Below are positions 1 to 12,246 of a stretch of DNA of 33,169 bases, in pieces. Within the stretch, counting starts at the first letter, position 1. The number at the start of each line of letters is the position of its first letter. This DNA is from Bryobacterales bacterium (GTDB lineage Bacteria > Acidobacteriota > Terriglobia > Bryobacterales > Bryobacteraceae). A program made the position numbers and the translations under genes. The notes beneath the pieces are model-generated. The model did not search any database. It saw nothing but the letters and a program-made list of their open reading frames with translations, and was not told where the DNA came from. The stretch lies in the NCBI GenBank assembly GCA_038210135.1, contig JBBQWZ010000056.1, positions 1-33,169 of the forward strand. Direction: 5' to 3'.

Positions 1-233
1 AGCCGCATCCGCGATGCGCCGCCGCCAATGTCACGTTTTCGTCCACCGAAGCCAGACTCTAGTTCGGGCAGTTACGCGCCAGTGTGTTCCCGGCCATTGC
101 TCGCGGCACCTTCGCAGCTCTTATTTTGCCTTCTCCACCCCTCCTCCACTGGTTTCTGGCTTTCACGACGCACGTCCCCGTGCGTGTGTGACTCTGGTCG
201 CGGCTCGGTTGCGATACAAACGTCTCGCCTGAC

Positions 234-749
234 TCAGCGATTGAGGCCGTAGCCGATCATGGTTTTTCCATCGATGATTTTGCCGGTGCGGATCATCTCG
301 CCGATCTCTTTTTTGGTAAACCACTGCATCTTGATGCGCTCATCTTCCATCGGAGTCTGTTCTCCAGCAGTGAGGCCGCGGGCGACGAAAATGGTCATTT
401 TCTCGGCGAGAAATCCGGGGCTCGGGTAGAAGGAAACCAGCTTCTTCCAGCTCTTGGCTCTGTAGCCGGTCTCCTCTTTCAGCTCGCGTTTCGCGGCCTT
501 AAGGGCGGTTTCGCCGGGATCGAGTCGGCCGGCCGGAAGCTCCCACAGGAACGCGCGCGCGGGCAGACGATACTGCCTGGCAAGTAGGATCCGGCCTTTG
601 GCATCGACCGGCATGATGACGGCGGATCCGCCATGTTGGATGACGGCGCGCTTGATTTCGAAGCCGCCTTTACCGGGTTCGATGGCGACATCCTGAGTGA
701 CCCAAAAAATGGGCGTGCGGCAGATTTCCTGAGACGAGATGAGTTTCAT
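234..749 (-). CDS. NUDIX hydrolase (ADP-ribose pyrophosphatase-like)
   Basis: 171-aa ORF with a Nudix box, GETALKAAKRELKEETG (GX5EX7REUXEEXGU pattern). Confidence 0.8.
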   Translation of the reverse strand: MKLISSQEICRTPIFWVTQDVAIEPGKGGFEIKRAVIQHGGSAVIMPVDAKGRILLARQYRLPARAFLWELPAGRLDPGETALKAAKRELKEETGYRAKSWKKLVSFYPSPGFLAEKMTIFVARGLTAGEQTPMEDERIKMQWFTKKEIGEMIRTGKIIDGKTMIGYGLNR

Positions 750-758
750 GAGTGGGTG

Positions 759-2501
759 TTATTTGGCGATCGCTTTTTCAAATTCGGCCAACGGCAACGT
801 GTTCAGGATGTCCTTCGCTTCAAGCCATCCGCGGCGCGCGGTGGTGACTCCGTAACGCATGTTGAGAAGATGCTTGGGATGGTGCGCGTCTGTGGAAACG
901 GTGAAACGGACGCCCTTGGCCTTCGCGGCGCGGACCAAAGGTCCGCTCAGATCGAGGCGCTCCGGACTGGCGTTGATTTCGAGATGCACCTTGTGGCGGG
1001 CGGCGGCGGTCGTAATCGCGTCGAAGTCGAAAGAATACGCATCGCGATGCAGTAGCAGGCGGCCGGTGGGATGGCCGAGCGCCTTAAGGTGTGGGCATTC
1101 GATCGCGCGCAAGAGGCGATCGGTCATCTCGGCGGTTTCGAGATTCATGTAGCTGTGGACACTGCCGACGACGAAGTCGAGTTCGGCGAGCGCGTCGATT
1201 GCCAGGTCCATCGCGCCATCGCGCAGGATGTCACATTCGAGACCGGAGAAAACGCGGATGCCGAGTTGTTTCGCGTCGATTTCGCGGACTTGCTTGGCGA
1301 AGGCCACGGCGCGCGTTTCGTCCAGGCCGTTGGCCATGGCGAGCGCTTTTGAGTGATCGGTAATGACGATGTACTCATAGCCCAGCGCGCGGGCGGCTTC
1401 CGCCATTTCCTCGAGCGTCGCGCGGCCATCGCTCTCGGTCGTGTGCATGTGGAGATCGCCACGGATGTCGGCGAGCTTCACGAGATTCGGAATGCGGCCT
1501 TCGGCGGCGGCTTCGAGCTCGCCCGAATTTTCGCGCAATTCCGGCGGAATCCAGGCGAGGCCGAGTCGCTCGTAGATTTCCTCTTCGGTGCGGCTGGCGA
1601 CGACGTTGCCCGTCGCCACTTCGGCGAGACCGTATTCATTCAACGTCAGGCCCATCTTGAGGGCTCGCGTGCGCAGCGTGACGCTGTGCTCTTTGCTGCC
1701 AGTGAAATACTGCAGCGCAGCTCCGTAGTTTTCCTCAGGCAACGCGCGGAGATCCACCTGCAGACCTTCGAGGCCGAAGCTGACGCTGGCTTTGTTTTCG
1801 CCTTTCGCCAGCACCTCGTGAACCTTCGGATGCTTAACGAACTTCTCGAGCGCTTCCGCCGCGCCGGGTCCGATCGCGAGCAGGTCGAGGTCGCCGACGG
1901 TTTCTTTTCCCCGGCGCGAACTGCCCGCCGCGATCACCTTGTCGATGCCCTCGCCACTTAGGTATTCGATCAGTTCGTCCGCGGCGGCTTGCGCAAAGTT
2001 GAGCAGGAATCGGCCCGCGCGTTTCCTGTAGGAAGCGATGGAGCGCAGGACCTTTTCTTCGAGCTTCGCGCCCATGCGCGGTAGTTCCTGGAGTTTGTGT
2101 TCCTGGCAGAGTCTCTCCAGCCCGTCGATGGTCGAGACGCGGTAGTGTTCCCAGATGAGGCGGATGCTTTTGGGCCCGAGGCCTTGAATTTTAAGCAGCT
2201 CTAGCGCGGTCGGAGGATATTTCGCGAGCATTTCATCGCGCCGCTCGAAGGATCCGCGGAGGGCGATTTCGGCGAGGCCGGACGCGATGCCTTTCCCGAT
2301 TCCGGGGACGTCGGTGACTTTGCGCGTGGAGTCCGCGACGATATCCATCACGCGGTCGGGGTAGCTTTCGATGGCGGCCGCGGCGTTGCGGTAGCTGCGA
2401 ATGCGAAAGCCGTCCTCGCCGGCAATTTCCATGAGGTCGGCGGTTTCAGCCAGCATACGCGCGAGGGCGTGATTGTCGAGCGAAGTTCCGGGGATGCTCA
2501 T
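759..2501 (-). CDS. polX: DNA polymerase/3'-5' exonuclease PolX (Pol beta-like N-terminal half plus C-terminal PHP domain)
   Basis: 580 aa. N-terminal helix-hairpin-helix/Pol-X region, GDLDLL nucleotidyltransferase motif, C-terminal PHP phosphoesterase motifs ([14 protein letters not shown]). Its start overlaps the stop of the upstream small gene. Confidence 0.85.
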   Translation of the reverse strand: MSIPGTSLDNHALARMLAETADLMEIAGEDGFRIRSYRNAAAAIESYPDRVMDIVADSTRKVTDVPGIGKGIASGLAEIALRGSFERRDEMLAKYPPTALELLKIQGLGPKSIRLIWEHYRVSTIDGLERLCQEHKLQELPRMGAKLEEKVLRSIASYRKRAGRFLLNFAQAAADELIEYLSGEGIDKVIAAGSSRRGKETVGDLDLLAIGPGAAEALEKFVKHPKVHEVLAKGENKASVSFGLEGLQVDLRALPEENYGAALQYFTGSKEHSVTLRTRALKMGLTLNEYGLAEVATGNVVASRTEEEIYERLGLAWIPPELRENSGELEAAAEGRIPNLVKLADIRGDLHMHTTESDGRATLEEMAEAARALGYEYIVITDHSKALAMANGLDETRAVAFAKQVREIDAKQLGIRVFSGLECDILRDGAMDLAIDALAELDFVVGSVHSYMNLETAEMTDRLLRAIECPHLKALGHPTGRLLLHRDAYSFDFDAITTAAARHKVHLEINASPERLDLSGPLVRAAKAKGVRFTVSTDAHHPKHLLNMRYGVTTARRGWLEAKDILNTLPLAEFEKAIAK

Positions 2502-2947
2502 TTCCAGTAGATATCCACGTAGTCGGCCGCCTGGTCGCAGGGATTATCCATTGCCTGCATCCGCCAGAAGGCGCGCGGACCCTTAATCAGAAAAGTGTAT
2601 TCGCCATTGCGATCGCATACTTTGCCGTCGGCGATGTGGCTGACGAGTGTCCTGATTCGCCCGCGAAATTTGAACGTCTTCGCGGCAACTTCGGTGATTA
2701 CGCCATCGATGCGGACGTAGCCGACTCCGTTTTGTTCCTTGGCTTCGCCGGTGATCATGAGGGTACCGTTCCTGTCGGTCACCATTACTTTGCCGGGAGC
2801 TTTGTCGAGCCACTGGAGGGAAAGCTTATGCTCACCGAGTAGAAGCTTCTTCCCAGCTTCGTCGTTAATTACCGTTTTCGCGATGACGGTTTTCGCATCC
2901 TGTGCGAACGCGGGAAGGGCGAGCAGGAACAGCCATCGGGCAAGCAT
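2498..2947 (-). CDS. hypothetical secreted protein (signal peptide MLARWLFLLALPAFAQ)
   Basis: The ORF track gives a 240-aa frame. Its N-terminal 91 aa are low-complexity out-of-frame overlap with the CDF gene. The internal Met at 2947 is followed by a typical Sec signal peptide and 4 nt of spacing to the upstream gene. No recognisable domain. Confidence 0.5.
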   Translation of the reverse strand: MLARWLFLLALPAFAQDAKTVIAKTVINDEAGKKLLLGEHKLSLQWLDKAPGKVMVTDRNGTLMITGEAKEQNGVGYVRIDGVITEVAAKTFKFRGRIRTLVSHIADGKVCDRNGEYTFLIKGPRAFWRMQAMDNPCDQAADYVDIYWK

Positions 2948-2951
2948 AGAG

Positions 2952-3854
2952 CTATGGTCGCATCTCCGTTGGAGTTTGCGGTCCGAGTTGCGGCGTTTCG
3001 TGTCCGGCGATGTAGGGCTCGACATGGACCAGGACATCGGCGACCCAGTCGAGCCGTTCGCGAATTTCGCGCTTGACCCGCCTCGCGATTTCGTGGGAGT
3101 CGCGGACGCTGAGGTCGGGATCGACTTCGAGATGCAAATCCACGTGATAGCGCATGCCGGTTTTGCGCGCGTAGCATTTCTCAATCGCCTTCGCTCCCGG
3201 AACGCGCAGTGCCACATCACGGATTTGGGCGATCAGTTTAGGATCGGGCATCGTATCGACCAGCAGGGACGCGGTGTCGTAAATGACGCGAATTCCGAGA
3301 AAAATGACGATCAGGCCGACGACGAAACCGCCGTAGTGGTCGGCGGCGGAGAAGCGCTCAGGGTTCGACAAGGCGATGGCGAGCGCGATCATGGCCGTGA
3401 TGCCGGAGAACATATCGACGGCGTCATGCCAGGCGTCGGCGACCAGGGAGGCGGCCTGGAGGCGGCGTCCGGCGCGCAGCTTGAAGGCAAATACGGTCCC
3501 CTTAATGAGGACCGAGATGAGCACAGGCCACATCGCATAGGCGGCGGGAATGTGCGCAGGATCGTGGAGACGGTCGATGGCGCGATGGCAGATCAAAACG
3601 CCGGATGCGGCGAGAATGGTGCCGACGAAAAGTCCGGCGAGGGTTTCGAAGCGGCCGTGTCCGTACGGATGATCTTCGTCGGCGGGCTTGGCGGCGATAT
3701 AGAGACCAACGAGCACAATGCCCGAGGTCAGGACGTCGGAAGCGGATTCGAAGCCGTCGGAGACGACGGCGGTCGAGTTGGCTTTCAGGCCGACGATGAT
3801 TTTCGCCGCGGCCATGACGAAGCCGATCAGGATGCTGAGCCCGGCGATGCCCAT
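2952..3854 (-). CDS. cation diffusion facilitator (CDF) family divalent-metal efflux transporter
   Basis: The 301-aa product from the internal Met (MGIAGLSILIGF) has 6 predicted TM helices, HxxxD-type metal-binding motifs in TM2/TM5 (ESASDV..., HDAVDMFSG) and a C-terminal cytoplasmic domain. The longer 457-aa frame runs into the divergent creatininase gene and is rejected. Confidence 0.8.
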   Translation of the reverse strand: MGIAGLSILIGFVMAAAKIIVGLKANSTAVVSDGFESASDVLTSGIVLVGLYIAAKPADEDHPYGHGRFETLAGLFVGTILAASGVLICHRAIDRLHDPAHIPAAYAMWPVLISVLIKGTVFAFKLRAGRRLQAASLVADAWHDAVDMFSGITAMIALAIALSNPERFSAADHYGGFVVGLIVIFLGIRVIYDTASLLVDTMPDPKLIAQIRDVALRVPGAKAIEKCYARKTGMRYHVDLHLEVDPDLSVRDSHEIARRVKREIRERLDWVADVLVHVEPYIAGHETPQLGPQTPTEMRP

Positions 3855-3908
3855 GTTTCTTGAACCAAGGATAACAACCGCCGCCTTCCCAGGCGTTACA
3901 ATGCGGCA

Positions 3909-4739
3909 ATGCTTCTCTATGATTCGGCGGCGAGGTGGATGCGGGGCGGTCTGATCCTGCTGGCGGCGCTGACGCCGGTGTTGGCGCAGTCTACGCGCGA
4001 GATGAACGAGATCAACTGGATGGAATTTCGCGAATTGGTTCCGTCCAAAATCGAGACCGTGATTCTGCCGACCGGCACGTTGGAGCCGCACGGCGTCACC
4101 GCGAACGGCTCGGACAATCTTGCTCCGGTGGCGATCGCCCGCGCGATGGCTCCGCGAATCAATGCGCTGGTGGCTCCGGTGGTTAGTTACGGGATCACCG
4201 GCAGCATGGATGCCTACGCCGGGGCGCTTTCTATTTCGGAAGCCGGGTATCGCGCGTACATGAGCGATCTGCTGCGGGGTCTCGCGAAGATGGGCTTCAA
4301 GAACATCATCATTATTAACGGACATGGCGGTCCCCAGACGGCGGTGCTCAACGACCTGGCGATTTCGACCGGCCGCGAGTTCCGGGTCCGGACGTTGGTG
4401 ACCAACTGGTGGACGTATTGTTCCGACGTGACGCTAAAGATCTTTGGCGAGGACGGCGGGCATGCCGGATGGAACGAGAATGCGTTCATTCAGGCGATCG
4501 ATCCGAAGCTGGTGCACAAGGAGCGCTATAGCGATTCGATGGCGACGGCGAATCCGCGGCCGGGCGCGTACTCCGCGTATCCTTCCCCATCCTCGATTGG
4601 GCTGTACACGGCGGGCCAGGGGTACGTGAAATTCGATCAGGCGAAAGCTGACGCCTACTTCAAGGCGGTGAACGACAAGATGACCGCCCTAGCCGAGGAG
4701 ATGATCTCGAAGTGGGATAAGGCCGGACTCTTCCGATAG
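3909..4739 (+). CDS. creatininase (creatinine amidohydrolase) family protein, predicted exported
   Basis: Motifs ILPTGTLEPHGVTANGSD and IINGHGG match the creatininase family. N-terminus has signal peptide MRGGLILLAALTPVLAQ; the true start may be the Met at 3939. Confidence 0.75.
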   Translation: MLLYDSAARWMRGGLILLAALTPVLAQSTREMNEINWMEFRELVPSKIETVILPTGTLEPHGVTANGSDNLAPVAIARAMAPRINALVAPVVSYGITGSMDAYAGALSISEAGYRAYMSDLLRGLAKMGFKNIIIINGHGGPQTAVLNDLAISTGREFRVRTLVTNWWTYCSDVTLKIFGEDGGHAGWNENAFIQAIDPKLVHKERYSDSMATANPRPGAYSAYPSPSSIGLYTAGQGYVKFDQAKADAYFKAVNDKMTALAEEMISKWDKAGLFR

Positions 4740-4804
4740 CGGGGAGGCGGCGTACCGGTACGATCTTTGAGAATTACGGTGTTTGCGATCCACTTCTTAG
4801 TTGT

Positions 4805-5119
4805 ATGTCCGAGTGGAAAGAAGTGGCTAGGAAAGCGGAAGAGTTCCGCACGGGAGTGATCGCGACGCGATGCGGTCCACGGGTGATGTGGCAGAGGAAT
4901 TCTCTACTTGCCCGGCGCCAGCGTGAATCGGAGGAGTTGCACCGGCTGCCGGTGCCAAAAATCCGGAGCGCCGTTCCGCCGACGGTCCCGATGGTGGCGC
5001 GCGCGATTCCGACGAAACGGTCCATTCTGGGCTATGTCGGAGACCGGCACTGGATGGTGGCCTTTCTAACACGTATGGCCTATCTTATGGAGTCGGCGTC
5101 CGCGTTCCGCTCGCACTGA
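4805..5119 (+). CDS. hypothetical small protein (104 aa), questionable
   Basis: Only ORF in the 640-bp gap before clpB. GC3 is moderately high. A Rho-independent-type terminator lies about 50 nt downstream. No homology recognised. Confidence 0.25.
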   Translation: MSEWKEVARKAEEFRTGVIATRCGPRVMWQRNSLLARRQRESEELHRLPVPKIRSAVPPTVPMVARAIPTKRSILGYVGDRHWMVAFLTRMAYLMESASAFRSH

Positions 5120-5170
5120 CGCATTTCGAGCGATCCGAGGAAATCGGCGATTTTCCGCGAATCCCTCTTA

Positions 5171-5199
5171 GCCCGCCCTTTCTGGGCGGGATTTTCTTT
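5171..5199 (+). terminator. intrinsic terminator-like hairpin (GCCCGCCC-TTTCT-GGGCGGG followed by ATTTTCTTT)
   Basis: 7-8 bp GC stem and 5-nt loop followed by a T-rich tract, read directly from the sequence. Confidence 0.4.
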
Positions 5200-5241
5200 G
5201 ATAGAGGCCGACATTTTGGATGTCCGTTCCTGCCGACGAGC

Positions 5242-5264
5242 CTCATATCCATCTAAGATATGAG
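5242..5264. promoter_or_regulatory. perfect 8-bp inverted repeat CTCATATC-N7-GATATGAG upstream of the clpB promoter
   Basis: Seen in sequence. Lies in an unusually AT-rich patch, about 20-40 bp upstream of a sigma70-like -35. Confidence 0.35.
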
Positions 5265-5283
5265 CGTAATACACTAAGATCAT

Positions 5284-5312
5284 TTTACAATCCGATGTGT
5301 ATGTGATAGCAT
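5284..5312 (+). promoter_or_regulatory. candidate sigma70-type promoter of clpB (-35 TTTACA, 17-bp spacer, extended -10 TGaTAGCAT)
   Basis: Hexamers read from sequence. The implied 5' UTR to the clpB ATG is about 65 nt. Confidence 0.3.
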
Positions 5313-5383
5313 CTGACTAGGCAAACACGTCAGCAGCCAGTGGTCCGGCGACTGGGCCGTCAGGTGCTGCAAGAGGTGGGGAT

Positions 5384-7942
5384 ATGGATATCAACCGATT
5401 TACAGAGAAACTGCAGGAAGGCGTGAAAAACGCGCAATCCTTGGCGGTTCGACGTGGAAACCAGCAGGTTGACGCTGAGCACCTGGTGGCCTCACTACTT
5501 GAGCAGTCGGGGGGCTTGGCTACCTCCATCTTGTTGAAAGTAGAAGCGGAAGCGGGTGGACAAGCGGGTCCGGAAGCCCTACATCGCCGGATGATGCAGG
5601 ATTTGGACAAGCTGCCCAAGGTTTCAGGGCCGACGGCTGCAGATCAGATTTATGTCACGCCACGCCTGCAGAAACTGCTGGTTGGTGCGGAAGATGAAGC
5701 GAAACGGCTGAAGGACGACTACGTTTCGGTCGAGCACATCATCCTTGCGGCGGCGGATCAAGTAAAGGCGTTCAGCGAACTCGGGCTCACGCGAGACCGG
5801 ATTGCGAAAGCTTTGCAATCGGTCCGTGGGAACCAGCGGGTCACGACTCAGGATCCGGAATCTACATATGAAGCCCTGGAGAAATACGGCCGGGATCTGA
5901 CCAAGGCTGCCGCGGATGGCAAGCTCGATCCGGTGATCGGGCGCGATGAAGAGATCCGGCGGGTCATCCAGGTTTTGTCGCGGAGAACGAAGAATAATCC
6001 AGTGCTGATTGGCGAGCCCGGCGTCGGAAAGACGGCGATCGTCGAGGGCTTGGCCCTGCGGATTATCCGCGGCGATGTTCCGGAGGGGCTGAAGAATCGC
6101 AAGATCATATCGCTCGATATGGGCGCCTTGATTGCGGGCGCGAAGTTCCGCGGCGAGTTTGAAGAACGTTTGAAGGCGGTGCTCAAGGAAGTCCAATCGG
6201 CCGAGGGCGAGATCATCCTGTTCATCGACGAGCTACATACGGTCGTCGGGGCGGGCAAGGCCGAAGGCTCGATGGACGCCGGCAACCTGCTGAAGCCGAT
6301 GCTCGCGCGCGGCGAGTTGCACTGCATCGGCGCGACGACGCTCGACGAGTATCGCAAGAACATCGAGAAGGACGCGGCCCTCGAGCGGCGCTTCCAGACG
6401 GTATTGGTGGATCAGCCCTCGGTCGAAGATACCGTTTCGATTCTGCGCGGTTTGCGCGAGCGATATGAAGTTCACCACGGCGTACGGATTAAAGATTCGG
6501 CGCTCGTGGCCGCGTCCGTGATGAGCGACCGATACATTTCCGATCGTTTCCTGCCGGACAAGGCGATTGATTTGGTGGACGAAGCAGCGGCGAAGCTGCG
6601 CGTCGAAATCGATTCGATGCCGGCGTCCCTCGACGAGCTCTTGCGTCGTAGTATGCAGCTCGAAATCGAGCGCGAAGCTTTGAAGAAGGAAACCGATTCG
6701 GCGTCGCGCGACCGGCTGACCAAGATCGAAAAAGAGCTGGCGGAGTTGAAGACCAACTCTTCGGCATTGAAGGCGCAGTGGGACACCGAGAAAGCCGCGG
6801 TGCAGAAGCTGCGCTCGATTCGCGAGCAGATCGAACAGATGAAAGCGGAGATCGAAAAGGCGGAGCGCGCCTACGATCTCAATAAAGCGGCCGAGTTGAA
6901 GTACGGCAAGCTGACGCAACTGGAACGCGATTTGGCCGCCGAACAAAAGCGTCTGGCCGAAACGCAGGACCGCTCGCGGCTTTTGAAAGAAGAAGTAGAC
7001 GAGGAAGACATCGCAAAGATCGTCAGCCGCTGGACCGGCGTTCCGGTGGAAAAGATGCTGCAAGGCGAAATGAAGAAGCTGTTGCATCTAGACGAAGAAC
7101 TTCATAAGCGCGTCGTCGGCCAGGACGAGGCGGTGGAGGCTGTGGCGGAGGCCGTCATGCGCGCGCGCAGTGGCTTGAAAGATCCGAAGAGGCCGATCGG
7201 CAGCTTCATTTTCCTTGGTCCGACGGGCGTCGGCAAAACCGAACTTGCCCGGGCGCTCGCGGAGTATTTGTTCGACGACGAGCGGGCGATGATTCGCATC
7301 GATATGTCGGAATACCAGGAGAAGCACACGGTATCGAGGTTGGTCGGCGCGCCTCCCGGATATATCGGCTACGACGAAGGCGGCCAGTTGACGGAGGCCG
7401 TGCGGCGCCGACCGTATGCGGTGGTGCTGTTCGACGAAATCGAAAAAGCGCATCCGGATGTGTTCAATGTGCTGCTGCAGTTGCTCGACGACGGGCATCT
7501 GACGGATTCGCAGGGGCGAACCGTGAATTTCAAGAACACGATCGTGATCATGACTTCAAACGCGCGCGAAAGCGAGCTGTCGACGGTGTTCCGGCCGGAG
7601 TTTCTGAACAGGGTGGATGAAGTGATTAATTTCCACTCGCTCGATGAATCGCATTTGAAGCTGATCGTCGAAATTCAGTTGGCTGGACTGCGGAAGCGCC
7701 TCGAAGAGCGGCACATTTCGCTCACTCTGACGGACGCGGCGCGCGCGCATCTGGTGAAGGTCGGCTACGATCCGGCCTATGGGGCGCGTCCGCTCAAGCG
7801 GGCGATTCAGCGGGAAGTGGAGACGGCGTTGGCGAAGCGGATTCTGAGCGGGGAGGTCCGCGACGGGATGGCGGTCCACGTCGATGAGCGCGGCGGTGTG
7901 CTTGCGTTTGAATCCGCCGAGACGCCGGTGGCGTTTGGGTAA
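5384..7942 (+). CDS. clpB: ATP-dependent chaperone ClpB (Hsp100 disaggregase)
   Basis: 852 aa. Clp N domain; two AAA+ modules ([16 protein letters not shown] Walker A); long coiled-coil middle domain (residues about 400-530) that distinguishes ClpB from ClpA/ClpC. RBS GAGGTGGGG. Confidence 0.95.
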   Translation: MDINRFTEKLQEGVKNAQSLAVRRGNQQVDAEHLVASLLEQSGGLATSILLKVEAEAGGQAGPEALHRRMMQDLDKLPKVSGPTAADQIYVTPRLQKLLVGAEDEAKRLKDDYVSVEHIILAAADQVKAFSELGLTRDRIAKALQSVRGNQRVTTQDPESTYEALEKYGRDLTKAAADGKLDPVIGRDEEIRRVIQVLSRRTKNNPVLIGEPGVGKTAIVEGLALRIIRGDVPEGLKNRKIISLDMGALIAGAKFRGEFEERLKAVLKEVQSAEGEIILFIDELHTVVGAGKAEGSMDAGNLLKPMLARGELHCIGATTLDEYRKNIEKDAALERRFQTVLVDQPSVEDTVSILRGLRERYEVHHGVRIKDSALVAASVMSDRYISDRFLPDKAIDLVDEAAAKLRVEIDSMPASLDELLRRSMQLEIEREALKKETDSASRDRLTKIEKELAELKTNSSALKAQWDTEKAAVQKLRSIREQIEQMKAEIEKAERAYDLNKAAELKYGKLTQLERDLAAEQKRLAETQDRSRLLKEEVDEEDIAKIVSRWTGVPVEKMLQGEMKKLLHLDEELHKRVVGQDEAVEAVAEAVMRARSGLKDPKRPIGSFIFLGPTGVGKTELARALAEYLFDDERAMIRIDMSEYQEKHTVSRLVGAPPGYIGYDEGGQLTEAVRRRPYAVVLFDEIEKAHPDVFNVLLQLLDDGHLTDSQGRTVNFKNTIVIMTSNARESELSTVFRPEFLNRVDEVINFHSLDESHLKLIVEIQLAGLRKRLEERHISLTLTDAARAHLVKVGYDPAYGARPLKRAIQREVETALAKRILSGEVRDGMAVHVDERGGVLAFESAETPVAFG

Positions 7943-8045
7943 GAAACCACAAATTGGCTTGCGGCACGCTGCGCCGGCCAAGAGAATCAGAACCTTTTTG
8001 ACGGTTCAGGAATCTAAGTGAGTAAGGAGCAGGCTGGGACCAATC

Positions 8046-10436
<2,391 letters not shown>

Positions 10437-10547
10437 AGCGCCGAGCCGGTAAACGAAATCTTCCGGCGAAGGAAGTTCATCCGTTTCTCCGGTGGCTGCG
10501 CCAGGTGGCGGCGAATTTGATCGATCAAAGCGAGCGCGCTTTCCTTT

Positions 10548-11032
10548 TTAAGGGCGGCGAGCTTTGCTTTCTTGGTGGGCCTTTTGTTCGGCATTCGTCT
10601 TCTCCAGTATCTCAATCACGGCGCGATCTCGCGGTCGATTTGCCTCGCGTTTGCGTTTGATAATGTCGTCGAGGCTACCAAAATCGAGTGGTCGCCGAAG
10701 GGCCATGCGCGGGCACGACTTTTTAAGCTCGAAAACGACTTCACGCCATGGGCCGATGCCATGAAATCGAGCTGGAGCAGATCTTGTTCGCGAACCAAAC
10801 GGTAGAGATCCGACACGGGATAGAAAGGCTTTAAGATCGTGGCACCAAGCGCGTCCGCGATCGCCTTGAGCTTCTGCATATTGACAGGCGTTTTGCAAAA
10901 GAAAAAATCAAAGTCGAGCGTTGAAACCGGAGCCCCCACCAAAGCGGCGGCCGCGTTGCCGATTAGGACCGTTTCGAAGTGATGCTCGAAAAATAGTCTT
11001 GCAAGCATTTCGAACTGTGGCTCCGCGTTCAT
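10548..11032 (-). pseudogene. Pol-beta-superfamily nucleotidyltransferase (toxin-antitoxin-type minimal NTase), disrupted by a frameshift near 10673
   Basis: Frame A (10616..11032) carries the NTase core VLIGNAAAALVGAPVSTLDFDF and ends at ...GDHSILVAS. Frame B (10548..10690) continues with SLDDIIKRKREANRPRDRAVIEILE, the conserved C-terminal motif of this family. Joined, they give the family-typical ...ILVASLDDIIKRK.... The two frames overlap around 10670-10676, so the reading frame must shift there to join them. Confidence 0.5.
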
Positions 11033-11051
11033 GCAACCACTATGAAGTGCT

Positions 11052-12185
11052 TTACGCCGTCGGCCAGATCCGGCCAAGGACGCGACGGAAGTTTCCGCCA
11101 AGAACTCCGCGGATGTCGGCGTCGGAATAGCCGCGGCGGATCAGTCCTTCGGTCAAATCGAACATGCGCTTCGGATGGTCCAGGCCTTCGACATCGATCT
11201 TGTCACGGAAGCTATACGAGGCCTTGTAGCCCGCTTTCAGCGCGTTGTATTCGGCGGTCGGCATCTTGTCGTAGCCGTAGAGGTCGATGTCGCTGCCGAC
11301 GCCGAGGTGTTGCGGTCCGATCATTTTGCGAACGTAATCGAAGTGGTCGAGTACGTTCTCGATGGTGGTGGGCTCGGTGGCCTTGACGAACATGCGGACG
11401 CCAGTAATGCCCATGACGCTGTCCTTGGCGCCGACCATTTTGATGGCCTCGTCGTTCTTGCAGCGCACGTGGCCGTTGACCAGGGCGCGAACGTTCGAAT
11501 GCGTGATCAGCACCGGCTTCTTCGAGACTTCGAACGCGTCGAGCGTGGTGCGGTCGCCGCAGTGCGAGACGTCGACGGCCATGCCGACGGTATTCATGCG
11601 ATCGACGATACTGACGCCGAAATCGCTGAGGCCTTCGTCGCGGCGCTCGGTGGATCCGTTGCCGATCAGGTTTCGCGAGTTGTACGTTAGCTGCGAAACG
11701 CGCTGCCCGAGGCCGTAAAAGGTTTCGACATCTGCGGCGTTGCGGAAGTGCTCGGAATTCTGAAGTCCAACGATGATGCCGATCTTGCCGGACGCTTTCG
11801 CACGGTCGAGGTCGGCGGCGGAATCCACACGGAGAATGCGCTCGTCGTGATGGGCGATAAAGCCATTCCAGGCGGCGACGAACTGCAGTGTATTGAGGTG
11901 CGCCTGCGGTCCGCCCATGCCGACTGCGATGTGGAAAGCCTGGATGCCGGAGTCGCGATAGCGCTGGAAGTCCGTCGCGCTGAAGGTTTCAGGCTTCATC
12001 AGGTAGCGGTTCATTTGCGATCCGGCGAGCGCAAACGGACTCAGCATGTCGATGACGATAGACGTTCGGACGAGTTCGATCGCGCGCGCGGAGTAGGTGG
12101 CGTCCGCTGCGAACAGGCGGTAGCGGCCCAGGTTGATCATCGCTGCCCCACCCGCGGCCGTTTTCAAAAATGTGCGACGTTTCAT
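11052..12185 (-). CDS. membrane dipeptidase (peptidase family M19, renal-dipeptidase-like) with Tat-type signal
   Basis: 377 aa. N-terminal RRTFLKTAAGGAAM twin-arginine signal. M19 motifs (HSDIDLYGY..., zinc-binding His/Asp/Glu pattern). Confidence 0.85.
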   Translation of the reverse strand: MKRRTFLKTAAGGAAMINLGRYRLFAADATYSARAIELVRTSIVIDMLSPFALAGSQMNRYLMKPETFSATDFQRYRDSGIQAFHIAVGMGGPQAHLNTLQFVAAWNGFIAHHDERILRVDSAADLDRAKASGKIGIIVGLQNSEHFRNAADVETFYGLGQRVSQLTYNSRNLIGNGSTERRDEGLSDFGVSIVDRMNTVGMAVDVSHCGDRTTLDAFEVSKKPVLITHSNVRALVNGHVRCKNDEAIKMVGAKDSVMGITGVRMFVKATEPTTIENVLDHFDYVRKMIGPQHLGVGSDIDLYGYDKMPTAEYNALKAGYKASYSFRDKIDVEGLDHPKRMFDLTEGLIRRGYSDADIRGVLGGNFRRVLGRIWPTA

Positions 12186-12228
12186 AGCGATTGAGCGTCA
12201 TGATAGCAGGTGATTTTTGGCCGAGTGG

Positions 12229-12234
12229 TAGAAT
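12229..12234 (+). promoter_or_regulatory. candidate extended -10 (TGgTAGAAT) for ssrA
   Basis: Read from sequence 13 nt upstream of the mature tmRNA 5' end. No good -35. Confidence 0.3.
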
Positions 12235-12246
12235 GAAGAGAGAAAA

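Noticed and set aside
1-233. Two overlapping small plus-strand ORFs (72 and 74 aa) at the window edge
   Set aside because: Low-complexity Arg/Ser/Pro-rich translations. Likely non-coding 3' flank of the NUDIX operon or part of a truncated gene I cannot identify from 230 bp.
2739-3863. 374-aa ORF on the + strand
   Set aside because: Lies entirely antisense to the CDF transporter and small secreted-protein genes. Low-complexity Arg/Gly/Asp-rich translation typical of high-GC antisense frames.
4751-4762. Perfect 12-bp palindrome CGTACCGGTACG right after the creatininase stop
   Set aside because: Could be a weak terminator stem or a chance palindrome. No flanking U-tract of note and single occurrence; not reported as a feature.
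6233-7087. 284-aa minus-strand ORF (and the 5624..6196 and 7556..7981 ORFs)
   Set aside because: Antisense to clpB, which has unambiguous homology. Arg/Leu-rich junk translation.
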